This document shows positions 1 through 14,670 of a stretch of DNA of 64,000 bases, piece after piece. Source of the DNA: Octopus sinensis. Lineage: Eukaryota. The translations under genes and the position numbers were made by a program. The notes beneath the pieces are model-generated. The model searched no databases, was not told the origin of the DNA, and saw nothing but the letters and a program-made list of their open reading frames with translations. Every line of letters starts with the position of its first letter. Within the stretch, counting starts at the first letter, position 1. The stretch covers positions 78,058,001-78,122,000 of the forward strand of contig NC_043000.1 of assembly GCF_006345805.1 (NCBI RefSeq). Direction: 5' to 3'.

Positions 1-107
1 CCCTTCCCATCACTTTCTCTCTATAACGACGTTTGACAGATACTACTATCTTTCCCCCGCTGCCTTCGCCAGCGCTGTCCCTCTTTACCCCATCGCCTCC
101 CTCCCTC

Positions 108-148
<41 letters not shown>

Positions 149-402
149 GTCTGTCTGCATTCATAGAGAGATTTATTATCGCCACCACCACCACCACACA
201 ATCATGAGAACAAATATTAGGAATCAGATATTTATTGGGTTAATCTATATATGTGTGTGTGTGTGTTCTATATATAAATATGTATATATAATGTATATAT
301 GCAAAGTGTATATATATATAATTTGTATACATTTGTATATATAATGCGTACACACACACACACACCTATACATATATATATACATATATATATACATATA
401 TA

Positions 403-465
<63 letters not shown>

Positions 466-555
466 GCACACTTATGTTAAAAGTGCTGGCGAGTTTGCAT
501 GGCAACTATTTTTTTCCTCAAATGAAAGGCGTGATCTCTAGGACAAAATTCCTCA

Positions 556-1319
556 TCTTATAAAATGTGGCCCCAGTAGACCTGAATGAAATCGGTTAAC
601 CAAAATGTGAAAAGGGGTCTAAATGGGGCTGGAAGGGGATTAAAATTTACAGGAGCGGGTGTTTAGGAATTCTCTGTTACATCAAGCTGAAAAATTTGCG
701 CCAGGCTTTAAATCGTCAATGTGTTGCCGTCCATCATGAAGAAGTTTTGAATGCTTGCATTGGTGAGTCGACTGTCCGGAGAAAGAATCACTTCAAAACT
801 TGGTGTTTAGGAATTTTCTTTTACATCAAGTTCAAAATTTTACGCCAGCCGTTGAACTACCACTACGTTACTGTCCGTCGTTAAGAAATGCCAGCCATGG
901 TGACTCTACTATCCTCAGATTCTATCCCTTCAAACTTTGGTTTCCAATATTTTTCTATTTTTATTCAGCTCTTAAGTTCGTCTGTCCCTTTTAAGCGTTA
1001 GTCTTTTGCTGTCTGCCTTGAAGCAGACCTTTCCGTTGTCACTGCCTGATATGTATGATTGATCTTTGAAAATATTTTCTTTCTCAACTTACTCAAGATC
1101 TTTTGTTGTTTATAAATTGGAGAGATAGATAGATAAAGATAGAGAGTAAGAGAAAGCGAGGGAGAGTCCGAGAGAAAGGAAGCGTAAGAGAGTGGGAAAG
1201 TAGGAGAGAAAGGAAAGAGAAACAAAGAGGGAGAAAGTGGTGATAAAAAACAGAAAGGAAGCAACAGAAAGTAACAACCACACTCTTACCCGCGCGTAGA
1301 GCGGGTCACCTTAAGCTAG
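556..1319 (+). mobile_element. Non-autonomous Helitron-like element
   Basis: 3' end has hairpin ACCCGC-gcgtaga-GCGGGT (1288-1306), then CTAG (1316-1319), then T. Candidate 5' TC follows an A at 555/556 (A|TCTTATAAAA). Internal ~47-bp direct repeats at ~660 and ~803. The 5' end is tentative. Confidence 0.5.
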
Positions 1320-1418
1320 TTATGTATAAAATCCATTATATTGTCCTGTATTCTAATTATAGTTCATAGACTTAGATAATATAAAATAAAAATATATGTG
1401 AAATATGTGAAATTATAA

Positions 1419-2523
1419 TTTTTTTTATTTATTACCCATACGGGCTGACAAAGGGGGATACACATAACATTGGGGACATAGAACAAATTAACAAAAAATA
1501 ACAGAAAAATAAAATTAAAACGTATGATATAATGGGAAAATGAAGATGAGAAATGGAAGTGATGTTACTTGCCCAACCAACTAACATCACTTACTTGCCT
1601 TTTTTCCTGTTTTCCATTATATCTAGTCCATATCGTTTTTTGAGTGTCTCATAGCCTATCGTTTTAGGTAACTTATCCAGGTTATAATTCACCTTCTATA
1701 CCTCATAGCCGTCATTATTTCTTTTAATTTCGTTCTTATGTTTTTCCGTTATCAAAGCACATGTATGTTCACCTTGTCATTTGCGTTAACATAGACTAAA
1801 TTTTTCCCATCCTACTACTGTCTCTAGCAGTTCATCTTCTGCCTCCTCGTAAAGAATACACGCATAACACTCAGTGGGAAGGGAAGCTTGTAAATTATTG
1901 TGTGTATTGTCACTTCTTTTTTGTTTCCATGCTGGGGGGGAGTGGGTAGGTTTAGTGTCTGCGGGGAGAGGGTGGGACGAAGAGAGTGTGGATGGGCATT
2001 GGGTGGGTTGGGGTTCCGCATGTGATAGGTTTAACTTCTTTCTTTTTCTTTTCCCGATGGTTTCCCACTCTTTTTCTTCTGTTGCTTTTTCTGCCTCTAC
2101 CGGTATTATCAAATCATTCTTTGGTCTTTCCTATTGTTTCTCTTGTAGAAACTCCTGCGGCCGCTGTTCTTCCGTTTCTTTGATCGGTGGAGGGCTTTTC
2201 GCTCTTATGTGGCCCTTCAGGCCACATTTAAAACAGCGAGGGATTCTGCCCTCCACCTACACTCTCAGACTTATGTCACCTACCGTTACCGTCTCTGCCA
2301 AACCCTCCAGCGCTTCCGCCTCAGCTTGAATTATCATCTCCAACGATTTACCCTTCCACGTCCCGTCTTCAGTTGCCGTGGCTTGGAGAACAGACACCTT
2401 TTCCTCACTTCCAAGGAGAACAGCTGCCGCGACCGAAGCCGCTTCCATATCAGGCGGAATTCCTTCTACCATGATCCTGGATGTCCTCCTTCCAAGATAT
2501 ATGGGTAAAAGGACCATATGCAC
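1419..2523 (-). mobile_element. 5'-truncated ORF1-only L1/Tx1-like retroposon (HAL1-like), degraded
   Basis: Minus-strand ORF1-like peptide RIMVEGIPPD...ISLRV*VEGRIPRCFKCGLKGHIRAKS (degenerate CCHC knuckle) with a basic/P-rich tail. It ends in AATAAA plus an A8 tract at 1419-1433, with no ORF2 motifs in between. Confidence 0.6.
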
Positions 2524-2825
2524 ACATCGCTTGACAACCGATGTGTGTATGTTTAAGTCCGCGTAACTTAGCAGTTCGGCAAAATATCCCGATAAAATAA
2601 GTACTAGACTTACAAAAAATAAGTCGATTTATTCGACTAAAACCCTTTAAGGTGGTGCTACAGCATGGCCACAGTCAGATGACCGAGACAAGTAATAGAA
2701 TAAAAGAATAAGGCTGTGGCTAGCCCGAGGTTATATAGTATAAGACATTTGACAAAGGTGCCACGCAGTGGATTGAACCACATACTACGACGTAAGCAAG
2801 TTCTTAACTGCATTACATAGCCATG
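2524..2825. mobile_element. SINE fragments (3' body on +, tRNA-like head fragment on -)
   Basis: Matches segments of the SINE at 14257-14630 (ttgacaaccgatg..., ggtggtgct.cagcatggcc.cagtca; caaggtgccacgcagtgg.ttgaacc). Confidence 0.7.
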
Positions 2826-3123
2826 TGTTTGTATGTGTGTGCGTGTGTGTGTGTGTGTGTGGTGTGTGTGTGTGTGTGTGTGTGCGTATGTGTGTGTATA
2901 GATATGCTCGTGTTTATGTGTATATTCATAATCATATATGTGTATGTACACACATTTAAATGCATAAATTCACACACACACAAACACACACAGATAGGCA
3001 GATTATATATAAATACTCAAACAGAAATGCAGAAAACCAAAGGTAATTTTTTGCACACAAGAGCTCACAGACATTCAACCATATACAGTGATACACATGT
3101 GCCAGCGCGCAAGCGCACGCACG

Positions 3124-3188
<65 letters not shown>

Positions 3189-3514
3189 GCACGCACGTAC
3201 GTACGCACACAAGTTAATGCCTTTAGAAATATTTCAAAATCTCTTTCTTGATCTAATCAGCTTTAGTTTCATGTCTGGATATTTTCTATAAAAATATTAG
3301 TTTTATTATTTTTTTTGTACAAAAATTTGGTTTACTTAATTTAATGTTTTTTATGTATTTCATGTATTGTATTCTCTTAATTCCATTTACAACTGACAAT
3401 CTATTCGTGTGTGTGTGCATGTTTATATGTGTGCGCATGTTATATATGTGTGTGTGTTTGTGTGTGTGTGTGTGTGAGTTTGTGTGTGTGTCTATGTTTG
3501 TGTACATATATATA

Positions 3515-3560
<46 letters not shown>

Positions 3561-3647
3561 CATACATATATATACCTATATATATATCTATACCTATATA
3601 TACATATATATAAACACAAACACAAAATTATACATAAATACGTATAT

Positions 3648-3792
3648 ATACGACGGACTTCTTTCAGTTTCCGTCTACCAAATCCACTCACAAGGCTTTG
3701 GTCGACCCGAGGCTATAGCAGAAGACACTTGCCCATGGTTTCACGCAGCGGGACCGAACCCGGAACCGTGGGGTTGAGAAGTAAGCTTCTTT
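3648..3792 (-). mobile_element. tRNA-derived SINE, 5' part
   Basis: Reverse complement of the 14257-14395 SINE head (ttctttcagtttccgtctaccaaatccactcacaaggc...gaacccggaacc). Confidence 0.8.
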
Positions 3793-3889
3793 ATTTCATA
3801 AAAATCTGCCATGCAGGCATTACATAGAGGGGACAAAAGGGGACAGACAAACAAAAGAGTGAAGAAGTTTTGTCGATTAAAAGTTCTGT

Positions 3890-6800
3890 TTTAAATGAAC
3901 GGTGAAATGTGATTAAATATTGCGATTACAATAAAAATTTAAAATCTGATGATTTCACATTGCCACATGCAATGTATCTTCTGAAGGAAAGGCACCCGAC
4001 CACCAAGGTAGAACCATTGCTTTTCTTCCGGAGTTCCACTTACCTGGTGCCACTCACTCTCAGCTTTCTTGCCACAAGCTTCCATCTTTTATCGAATCTT
4101 GCTTGTGACAGGTACTTCTTCTCCAGCCTGATGTTACTGCTGAGGTGGTAACTAAAAAAGTTGACTAACCCTTGGCCAGATACAAAGGTACCCGTCGCTA
4201 TTCCTTTCACACACGTCTTCTATAATGTTTCTTTCAGTATGGTTACTACGTAGAAAAAGCAAGCCTTCCTCTCCTTGTTAAGGGAAGGAGGCGGCACAAT
4301 CTCCACGATAGACTCAGCGATAGGTGTACTTTTCCCATCGATGACAACAGTTGTTCTGCGAAAGCTATCAGTCCCGTTAATTCCGGACACTCCACAAATG
4401 CGCGCAAGACGGTTTCTCTGTCTTGTTAGCACCTCACACATGGCGAGACGGCACTTCTGTGCCTTGACAGTTTATCGCGAACAGATAACGCCGCACGAAA
4501 GCACTGCCAAGCCAGGGATTTCTGGTAATTATCCAGATACCCCGGCCCGAAAGCTCTCCTGAACAGGTTGATCAACTGATTTTTATTGTAGCCCAGGGTC
4601 TCCCCCAAGGCGTCTTCTGCTATAATCTCCACTAACCCGCTATAAAAATCCGCGGTGGAACTCCTGCTGCCGGCATTGCCCGCCCGAGAGAGCAACTGAA
4701 GTGCCTGACGGCACTCCAATTGCCAGTCACCCGGTCTAGGTCTCTGATTTATCCATGTACCAATGTCCGTGAAGGACGTTGACTGCGGAAGATAGAACCA
4801 GACGTGAAGTGACCACACCTGCTCTCCATCCAGGTGAAGCCAGAGGTGCCTCAACCTTAATGCGAATTTTCGCATCTTCAGCTAAGACATCGCTAACCCA
4901 CCCTTTAGCGGTTTCTGGCAGCAGACAGAGTGCTTTACAAATGGCTTTCTTCCCTTCCACAAAAAGCGGAAAAGGATTCTCTCCAACTTGCTCAACCACA
5001 AATCGGGGCGAGGTACCACGGTCAGACAGTAGGTGATTACTGATGCTATACACATCTGTACCACATCCACCCTCCCTAGCAAGGATAATGCCCGCCCAGA
5101 CTAGGTCTGGGTTAGAGCAGTCACCTTCCTGGTCATATCACTCCAATGTTTCTCTATCTGGCGTTCTGGACTAATCCAGACTCCGAGCAGTTTAACAGGA
5201 CCTTCTGTCCAACGTCCCACGATGTTATTGGACGCCATCGTCTTGTCCCTCCAGGTGCCGAGTTGCAAACCGACCGACTTGTCCTTGTTAACATTTGCTT
5301 CAGCCACCGCCTCGTAACTTTTGATGGCCTTTTCCACCACTGGAAGCTGGCCCTCATCCACCACGATGATAGAGATATCATCCGCATACGCCGTAGCTCC
5401 TCTTCCACACCATAGATCATGCGGCGCTCCCCCTAGTGCCTCCAACGTCCTCAGCAATGGCTCAAAAACCAATACATACAAAAGCAGAGAGTGTTCAATC
5501 CTGAATGGCTTCGAAAAGAGACCATTCACTTTCACGACGGACTCGATGTCGCTGTACAACGCAGCAATCTAACCGCGGAAGGTTGGACTCAAGTCAGCCT
5601 TCTCGAGGAGAAGTACCGATGATTGACCTTATCAAATGATTTAAACTGGTTTAAATTTACCAGTGCTTCCCCCTCCCGGCACCAGAAAGTTTCCTCACCC
5701 TCTCTAACGAGTAGCGTATAATGTCGTGGATCGACCTGCCAGGGATAGCACACCTTTGCGCTTCCCCTACAAGTCTGTCCACGACCTAGGCCAACCTTTT
5801 CGCTAGCATCTTGCCCAAAATCTTTAACTCTGTGTTCAACTGAGTATGGGCCTGAAATTTCCAATTTCGACCCCCTTGCTCGGGTCCTTCCTGATCAACG
5901 TCACCACCCCTCGGCTCGCAGACTTGGGAATTCTCCCATTCTGCTGCTAATTGGCGTAGGCGATGGTCAGTAGGTGTCCGAACAAGTCTGGCATAGTTTT
6001 ATAAAATTCATAGGGTAGACCATCGAAACCCGGCGACTTCTCCCCGGGGCATTCACCTAGTACCTCGATCACCTCCTCGGCTGTGATTGGCCCTTCACAG
6101 TACTCAGCCTCTCGTGCCAACAGACACGGGCCGCCACACAGGGAGTCCCTAAGGGTCTCACCATGATCCAGCGCCCCGCCCCTCCCGAACAACTCGGCGA
6201 AGTGCTTGTAAAGTGCCTCACGCATCTCGTCCTGTCCCTTGACCGAACTCCCATTGTCATCAACAAGAGACCTTATTGTGGCATCATTGTCACGCTGGGT
6301 TTCTACTGTACGGGCCCATCCGGCAACATTAATTCCCTCACAACTCAATGTGCGTACTTTAGTCCGAACTCTGCACCCCTCATGTTTGGCTTTGAGGTGA
6401 CGGTCCAAGGCCGTTCTCGCTGCCAGAATGTAGGATGCAGAGCCCAACCTCAACGTCTCCTCTAATTCCTTAACTAGCTGCCCTTCTATTCTAGCCTTAT
6501 CTAGTCTTATCCGGTGGCTAAACCTAACAGACTTGAAATGAATGGCTCTCTTGAGGGCGAACCACCACCGGTTATTAACCACAGCGCCGGGTAATGCCCT
6601 CCTTAATCCGGCTACGGTATGCCTCGCCGGATCCTCTTTTAACTGTTCTATCTATGTTCAGCCTACACTTAACCAATCTATGGTCAGTGTAGGACACCTG
6701 AACAAGCTGTGGACAACTAAAGCTATCCTTATCTCTAGCTCTTATCATTATCCTGTCTAAGTAAGACTTGTGCCTTCCGTCGCCATTAATCCAGGTCCAC

Positions 6801-7085
6801 TCTAGGACGTTCGGATGGTCAAGCCTGTAACGATCTGCTAGCTGAAAGCGCTTAAGCAGATCTACGAGGCGTGAGTTCGCTTTCCTACCAGTCGAGCCAA
6901 AGCTATCGATGCGTGCATCAACGATAGCATTAAAGTCTCCTAACACCACTAATGTCTTCGACGTCACGAGAAATTTCTCTAGGCACCGATAAAAATCAGT
7001 TTGCAATCCTCTAAGCACAGGGTGCATAGATCCCGATCAACCAAGCAAAAGGGCAAAAGCTCGCTCGATGCTTTGGGTGTTGTCC
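3890..7085 (-). mobile_element. L1/Tx1-clade LINE ORF2 (APE endonuclease, RT, C-terminal CCHC), 5'-truncated, multiple stops/frameshifts
   Basis: EN motifs VVLGDFNA, YLDRI, YTDH (6575-7027). RT motifs KSPGFDGLPYEFY, KSFDKVNH, AYADDI (5101-6582). C-terminal WQCFRAAL.VRDKL...PCVRC (4426-4875). Confidence 0.92.
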
Positions 7086-7109
7086 TGTAGAACCTATTGA
7101 TGGCACTTT

Positions 7110-8401
7110 ACGTCTCCTTTGCTGTCCCTGCTACATTAAAGCTTATTGATGAGGACGGAAGAAATAAAAAAGAAACAGCAGAAGAAACCACTACGTAAAA
7201 GTTTTGTTAATAATAAATTTTCAAAACCTACATGCATTTTTATAAAGACAAGTTTTTTGTTCCATTGATATTCAAATGCAAATAATCATTCTTAACCACT
7301 CAATTAAAATGCATTTTTCATGCATATAATTTGGCAATGGCAAATTTTCCAATACCCATTTCCATTAATTTATCAGAGTTTAATATATTTTGATTTGTTT
7401 TTTAACTTTTTTTCTTTTTAGTTGGGTGTTATTTTGAATAAAAGTTATACTAGAATGAACAATTACTTTATATTGATATGAAGCAGAAATATGGTTAAAA
7501 AAAAAGTATTTTTCGATATTTTGAAGGAATCAGTGCATCTAATAGCCAATAAATCCTTAAAATAAATTAATTTCGTTTCGTTTTGTTTTGTTTTTACTTG
7601 ACACAGTTTTATTTCTTTAGTTTCTTCTTCGTCACGGGTTCATGTTATTGACAATCACATGGACTATCTTTTTCAAAAGCAAAAGATGAAACCGATTATG
7701 ACATCTAACTAAACATTACCTCTTTGATCTCCTAGTACGTACACATAAAATTTGACATTTATGTCTTGATATAAAAATTATAACCTCGAATGATTGATAT
7801 TTATATTTTATGACATAGCCGGTAACAAAATTTTTCATACTACAATCATATAGCAAAATTTGATATGCAGTCAGCAAGGCACGACCCTGCAAATTTTGTT
7901 GCTTGTGACCAGAACCCTTGCCCCAAACTTGGTCAACAGTTTTTTCGATATGTTAATATTTAAAAATTAAGATAATTAATATCATGATATCCGAGATTCA
8001 AAGGATTAGATAGCAAGTATCTAATGTTTATATTTCAAACAACTCCGCTAATTCATCCCCTCTAAAACCTCTTAACCTGCTGACTATGTTTCCTAGAAGG
8101 TATCTATCTTCCCGATTTCTGAGCTTTCCTCACAAATTCGCCAAAGTAAAAGTATCTTCTGAAATACAACACTAATATCTATAAATCTAGAAACCAAAAA
8201 ACGTCTCCTTTGTTGTCCCTGCTACATTAAAGCTTATTGGTGAGGAGGGAAGAAATAGAAAAAAAAGAAACCGCAGAAGAAACCGCTACGTAAAATTTTT
8301 GTTAATAACAAATTTTCAAAACGTACAAGAATTTTTATAAAGCCAAGTTTTTTTTGTTCCATTGATATTCAAATGCAAATAATCATTTTTTAACCATTCA
8401 A
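7110..8401 (+). repeat. Diverged ~195-bp direct repeat pair (7110-7303 and 8201-8401)
   Basis: acgtctcctttg.tgtccctgctacattaaagcttattg...gatattcaaatgcaaataatcatt present at both sites. Confidence 0.85.
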
Positions 8402-11400
8402 ACTGACTCCCAAAATAGAAGATGAGTGGTTGCAAACTATGCTCCCGTTCACATTTCTGCTCTCTGCAAAAGAGAAAACAATTAAAAATGAATCTTATAA
8501 ATTATAAACTCAGGTATAAATTACATTGATTATACGTTATTTGTTTCTAATAAAATCATTTTCAACTCTGGGCAAGATTCAGATTTTTTTCAACAAGTGT
8601 AAAATCATAACTTTATATTGAATCTCAACCTATTTAAGAGTTTATATTTCATGCATAGAAGCCAAACTAAAAGCAGACAAATATTAACAGGAATTAGACT
8701 TTGATATCTAAAATATCATTAATAACTTGTTATCGCCAACAAAAAGAGACATAAATTTATATAATTTGTTCTATTGAAAAAAATATTAATATCATAGGTT
8801 CATCAAATTTGTTTTAAATTTGGTACAAAATGATTTTGTCTGCTTCTTGATAATAAATATACATTTTATGCAACATATAAATAAAGCAAACATTGATAAA
8901 TGATTAAAAATCCTTTTCACAGACAATATTAAAAAGAAAAACATTTGAATAAATGTTTACATAACTACATAGAAAAATATTAAAACAATTGCAGTTATTT
9001 ATAACTGGAAAACGTTCTCCTTAAGCCCCAACTCCTGCAGCTGTATGAGGAAAATATTTACAAAAGTTTATTTATCACAAAATTTATTTGTGATCACCCT
9101 CTTTTTATTTCATGCTTTTTTAACTATACCAATTTTGACGCGGTTTTCAGTATGAAACTCCTCTTTTTTTTACCGATTTTAAGAAAGCTTAAGTGTATTA
9201 AGTCTTTTTCTCAAATAATCGAAATATGATACTTTAGCGGTCCAGTATAGATTCCAATAAAATAAGACAAGGCTATAAACAAAATACGTATTGGAGTCGA
9301 TTTGTTCGACTAAAACCCTTCAAAGTGGTGTCCCAAGAGTCCAATAACTGAAACAAATAAAACATTAAAAATATGAAGTTTTAATGACAATCTCAAGCGT
9401 TACTCCATTTCCAATTTGATCACTTTTTAATCAGAATTTTCGACAACACCAATTTTAACTTAGCAGAATTAGATTTTACTTGTTCTGATATTTTATTCAT
9501 GTGTAATTATAACTAAAATAACAAAAAAAATCGTGCTTAGAAGTTATATTTATGCGTTATTCTCTTATTTTTAAATTCATTTTGTTACAACTTTTTTCTA
9601 TAATACAATATCAAAATGTAGCATAACATTGGTCCTCTTCAGTGAGCTTGATTCCATTTAGTTTGGTCAAGAACTGAATTAGTCAGAGAGCGAAGTGGTA
9701 AAAAATGTAAATGTTAACATTAAATATATAATTCATCCACTGTCGTGTGTCAATGATATATAAGATTAAGAGGGAAAAAATGTATCCTCGAATATCTAAA
9801 TTTTCCTTTATAGAAAAGGGGTCATATAGATATCGATGGATTTTACAGACATAGATAACTCTCACTAGGATCTGTTATTTAAGTGTAATTATTTTTAAAA
9901 AATGATGAAGAAATAAGGAAACTATATTGCTCAGAAGTTGTATCTATACATTGTTCTTTTATACTTTTGTTTGTTTCAGTCATTAGAATGCGGCCATTCT
10001 GGAGCACCACCTTGAAGAATATTAATCGGATGAGTCGACCCCAGAACTTTTTTAAGCTTGGTGCTTATTCTATCCGTCTCTTTTGCCGAACATTCTACGT
10101 TACTTCCCCGTTTTTATTTATCCAACCAATTTTCTCATATCGTATCTCAAATTGTAGCGCATCACTAGCTTTTTGCAGTGAACTTAACTGCACTTAATTT
10201 AGTTCAAATTATATTAACCAGAAGCATAGAAGAGGTCGCGAAAACACAAACAAACGCGAGCGCGCACATACACACAAACAAAGCGAGTGCGCGCGCACAC
10301 ATACACACACAAACAAAGAAACGCACACACACACACGATTATCAATGGGGTCGTTGTCAATTTTCTATTTTATCACTAATCATGCGACCTGATGTCCTCA
10401 CGCTCGTATTTATCTATTCTAAATGTACACAGGATGTTTGTGATCTATCTTTTATTTTAATGCTTAACTGATCTCGATATTAACGCCATTATGACACAGA
10501 TTCATTCAATCTACCACTAATGTCAAACTATCGCTACAAATACAACCACTATCACCACCCCGCCATCATTATTATCAAGGTGATCACTTCCAATATCATC
10601 ATTACCCTTATTCCCACCACCATATATACATTAATATTTTTCAATCCACGTTGATGAAACAGAAACACAACTTAATATAGCTTATTTACTGTACAGTTTA
10701 TCGATTTAATTCTTTAGTTTCTGAGATCAAACTTTTTCTGGATGAAATTATTATTTTATCTCGCTACATTTTGTAAGCTAAAATTATTTATTCGGTATAT
10801 GATCCAGTAATCTATTATTTCTCCTAAATATTTCACTCCTTGTGGGTGAGAGTTAACAGAATCGTTAGAACGGCAGACTATTATTTTGTGCTAACTCCTT
10901 GCGTCTTGATATCAAACCCTGTCGAGATTACCTTTGCTTTTCATCTGTACGGGACAATAAAATAAAATACTAGTTAAGTACTTGAAATAATTTACTTGTT
11001 TGAAACTTATATCAGTGCACTTGTATCAGAATATATATGACATGCAATGGACACTCAACTTGATGGAGTCATGGTATGTGTGAAACTTAAACAAATCTTA
11101 AACAAATATTTTAGAGTTGTTTAGAAAAGTAAACCCAATGGAAATGTTAAACCTAGCAGTCATAAAAAGCTAACGGTGATAAGCAACGACTCCATTTGTT
11201 GGATGTGAAAAATATGACAGTGGATCAATACCCAACGCCACAATACAATATGATGTCTCTATAATGAGTAAAATTACCGCTGAGTCCAAATTGTGTATGA
11301 GCAGAAGATATTTGCTGCCACTGCTTCTGTTGATTTGCATGTAGATGTTTGGAAGTTGGTAGCAGTGAAATCCTCGAGATGTTTTGTTTTGCCACGTTTT

Positions 11401-12092
11401 GGCTTTTCCCTTACATTTTCACCAGCATTTGCTCGTACTCTTCAAAGTAGTTGTCCGAAATGTCAGCTAAGTCTGCCAACACCTAAAACTCCAATTATAT
11501 TTGTGTTATTCTACAGGAGAAAGAACTTGAGTGTTATATCGTCTCTGTGTTTCTCCACCATTGTCACCACCGTATCTTGATCCCTGTAGGGTTGCTCATA
11601 TATGAACCGTATTCTCATCACCCGTCTTCCTGGATACAGTGGGATCAAGACTAACTGTTAAGACGAGCATGTAATAATAGCCATAGACCTGGCCTCCACC
11701 TTCCTTCTTAAACAGCAACAGCTGTCCGATGTCGTTTACCACTTGTACATCCTACAGTGGACCACACTTTCTGCATTTTTCTGCTTGTGCAGGACTGGGA
11801 TACAGTAGCTTTCTTTTCTGTTTATGACTTACAAACAACGTTTCATTTCTCTACTTGCTTTACATTTCGGTGATTAGAGATTTCACGGAACCCAGGCGTG
11901 CGATGTCACATTTATATATTATTTTTATATTCTTTCTTACTAGTTATAGTAACAAAACGAAATTTCGCTCTGGTCTTGTAGCTGTTATTGTTGCTAAATA
12001 CTTGGAAACTAGAGACACATACCATGACTCCATCAAGTTGAGTGTCCATTGCATGTTATATATATTTACACACATACGCACGCACGCACACA

Positions 12093-12133
<41 letters not shown>

Positions 12134-12169
12134 CACGCACACTCGCATGCACACACACATGTATGTTCT

Positions 12170-13990
12170 CTCCTATTTTTAATAATTGAAATTCTAGGAA
12201 AGAGTTGGTTTCTAACAAAGATACAAAACTCATCTTTGGAGTGTTGATAAAAACAATGCCCTATTTTAAACTTCAGAAAAGTCTTGCATATTTTTACTAT
12301 TCCGTTAACAGATTATATATGTAATGTTCGAGTTAGTTGGTTGATTTCTTTTTCTGAAAATCTAAGTTTATCCAGACTATCTTTTAGGTACTTACAAAAT
12401 AAAGTGCCAATTATTATTGGTATAAATGTAAATTTGTAATCCCGATATAGAAACTGGAGGCTTTGAAGTAGTTGCCCTAACTACTGTTTCTCTTTCATTT
12501 TCAAAGAGATATTCATATTAGCAAGACAGCTGACTTCTATGACGGTATATACATTTTCTTGTCTGTGCCAAACAACAATATTTGGACTGTTTTGTTTACA
12601 CTTGACAAATATTTTGATCGGAATGTTCCACCAGTATTCTTTGTGTTCATGTTTGTGTATTTATTCAATAACAGAGAGATTCTCTATATTTATTCCAGGA
12701 CAATTTTTTCGAATGGCATTGTATATTGTTTTTGCGACAATTCTGTTGCATATAGAAGTAGTACCTTGAGGACAATTTTGGGCAGCCGCTAATGACATAC
12801 GTTAAGTCTTTCACAGAAATATGATATAATCTATATTTTCGGTTGCATCTTTGAACTCCAAGGACTTCACAGTGTCTTTTGTTTATTAGGCATTTCGTAG
12901 CAATTTCCTGTTCTTGGATTGCAAATGCAACAACCTTCGAAATGCGATGTGATGTAGTGGTCACGAGTCCAAATGAGTTTTCGTTTCATGTCAATGTTAC
13001 TGTCTGCTTCAAGTCTTAGGGAAACATACCCGTGAATGTTTTTTCTTTTTTTCTTCTTCTTTTTTTCAGTATGCTGAGCGTTTCACATCCAAGTCTTGAG
13101 ATATGTTAGTGTAGCTGCTTTGAGATTGTATGGGAAGTCATGAGAAATGAAGTTCTTCCCGAGGAGCTCACTGCCGATACGTGGAATATTCTTCTCTTCA
13201 CTTTACAGCACTAAGTTAATGTATTTATTTTCGCTGCTGTTGTTTGACAAATGCTGTCTGAAAGAGACTATATGACAATCGAAGGCTGTTTGTACTGATC
13301 TCAAGCCTCTAGCTTCTTTATCTCTTTTTAGTTTGAGCCTATCGATATCACTGTTTCTGTGCAGATTTTCAGTTGCGGGTTTTAACGTCTATAGAATGAA
13401 TACCTTCTACAGACCAGTGAACAATCCCATATGCTGGAACCAGTACAAGTACTGCAAATGCACTGTGAGATATTGTCTTGTTGTAGGAGGAGAGTTCTAA
13501 CAGACATATTTTTCTAAGTCTGGCATAATATTCCCGAATCACTCTAACTTTTTTCACATTAACTTCGTATGATATATTTTCGCCAATGCCTAGGTACTTG
13601 AGGTGATACAGTGAGAGCATTGGCGCACAGGTTTGGGGTCTGGTGTTTCATTTTCCACATGCAACAATCAAATATGAACAATTCTTTTGGTCAAATTCCA
13701 TCCCTATGTCAGCTGAAAATATCATTAATTTCAGCAGGTTTTTTCTAGCTTTATTAACATTTTTAGTATAAATCTTGAGGACATTCACAAAGAAATTTTG
13801 GATTACATTTATACCTGTAACAGATGTATACACTAGCAAGTAGACATTTGGTTTTTGTACCCGGAAAAATAATAGGTTTAATGCCAAAAGGAAGAGTATT
13901 ACAGAAAGATTATCGCCTTAGCGTTTTCTTTTTGAAATATCACATTGAAGGTGATATTTCCACTCTTAGCTCGAAGTGTAAGAATTGTTG
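12170..13990 (-). mobile_element. R4/Dong-type (RLE endonuclease) non-LTR retrotransposon relic
   Basis: DIGMEFDQKNC, KYLGI...EYYARLRKI...IVHWS...DVKTR, HVISGC-like C-terminal knuckle (LTYVISGCPKLS), and a tail ending TVKICKTFLKF-like. Many stops. Confidence 0.8.
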
Positions 13991-14034
13991 TTCATGTATA
14001 TATGTATGCATGTATGCACGTATGTATACATATG

Positions 14035-14114
<80 letters not shown>

Positions 14115-14256
14115 GACCTCCGACATTTTAGAACATTTCTTTAATTTCTAGAACCCTTTCTTTATCTAGACGCATTACTAATTTCAGTCAATTAGGGAAA
14201 TTCTAAGATTCTGAATTCATCTGAAAAGAAAACAATAATATATATATATATATATA

Positions 14257-14395
14257 GGCGCAGGAGTGGCTGTGTGGTAAGTAGCTTGTTTACCAACTTC
14301 ATGGTTCCGGGTTCAGTCCTACTGCGTGGCACCTCGGGCCGACCAAAGCCTTGTGAGTGGATTTGGTAGACTGAAACTGAAAGAAGCCTGTCGTA

Positions 14396-14442
<47 letters not shown>

Positions 14443-14628
14443 TTGTGTGTCTGTGTTTGTCCCCCTAGCATTGCTTGACAACCGATGCTGGTGTGTTTAT
14501 GTCCCCGTTACTTAGCGGCTCGGAAAAAGAGACCGATAGAATAAGTACTGGGGTCGAGTTGCTCGATTAAAGGCGGTGCTCCAGCATGGCCGCAGTCAAA
14601 TGACTGAAACAAGTAAAAGAGTAAAAGA

Positions 14629-14630
<2 letters not shown>
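14257..14630 (+). mobile_element. Full-length tRNA-derived SINE (family A) with internal (TA)/(TG) tract
   Basis: A-box TGGCTGTGTGG, B-box GGTTCAGTCC, body, and (GTAAAAGA)n tail. Several copies in the window. Confidence 0.85.

Positions 14631-14670
<40 letters not shown>

Noticed and set aside
33-505. ORFs of the YIYI/CVCV/HTHT/MYVC type here and throughout the track
   Set aside because: They are translations of di- and tetranucleotide microsatellites, not genes.
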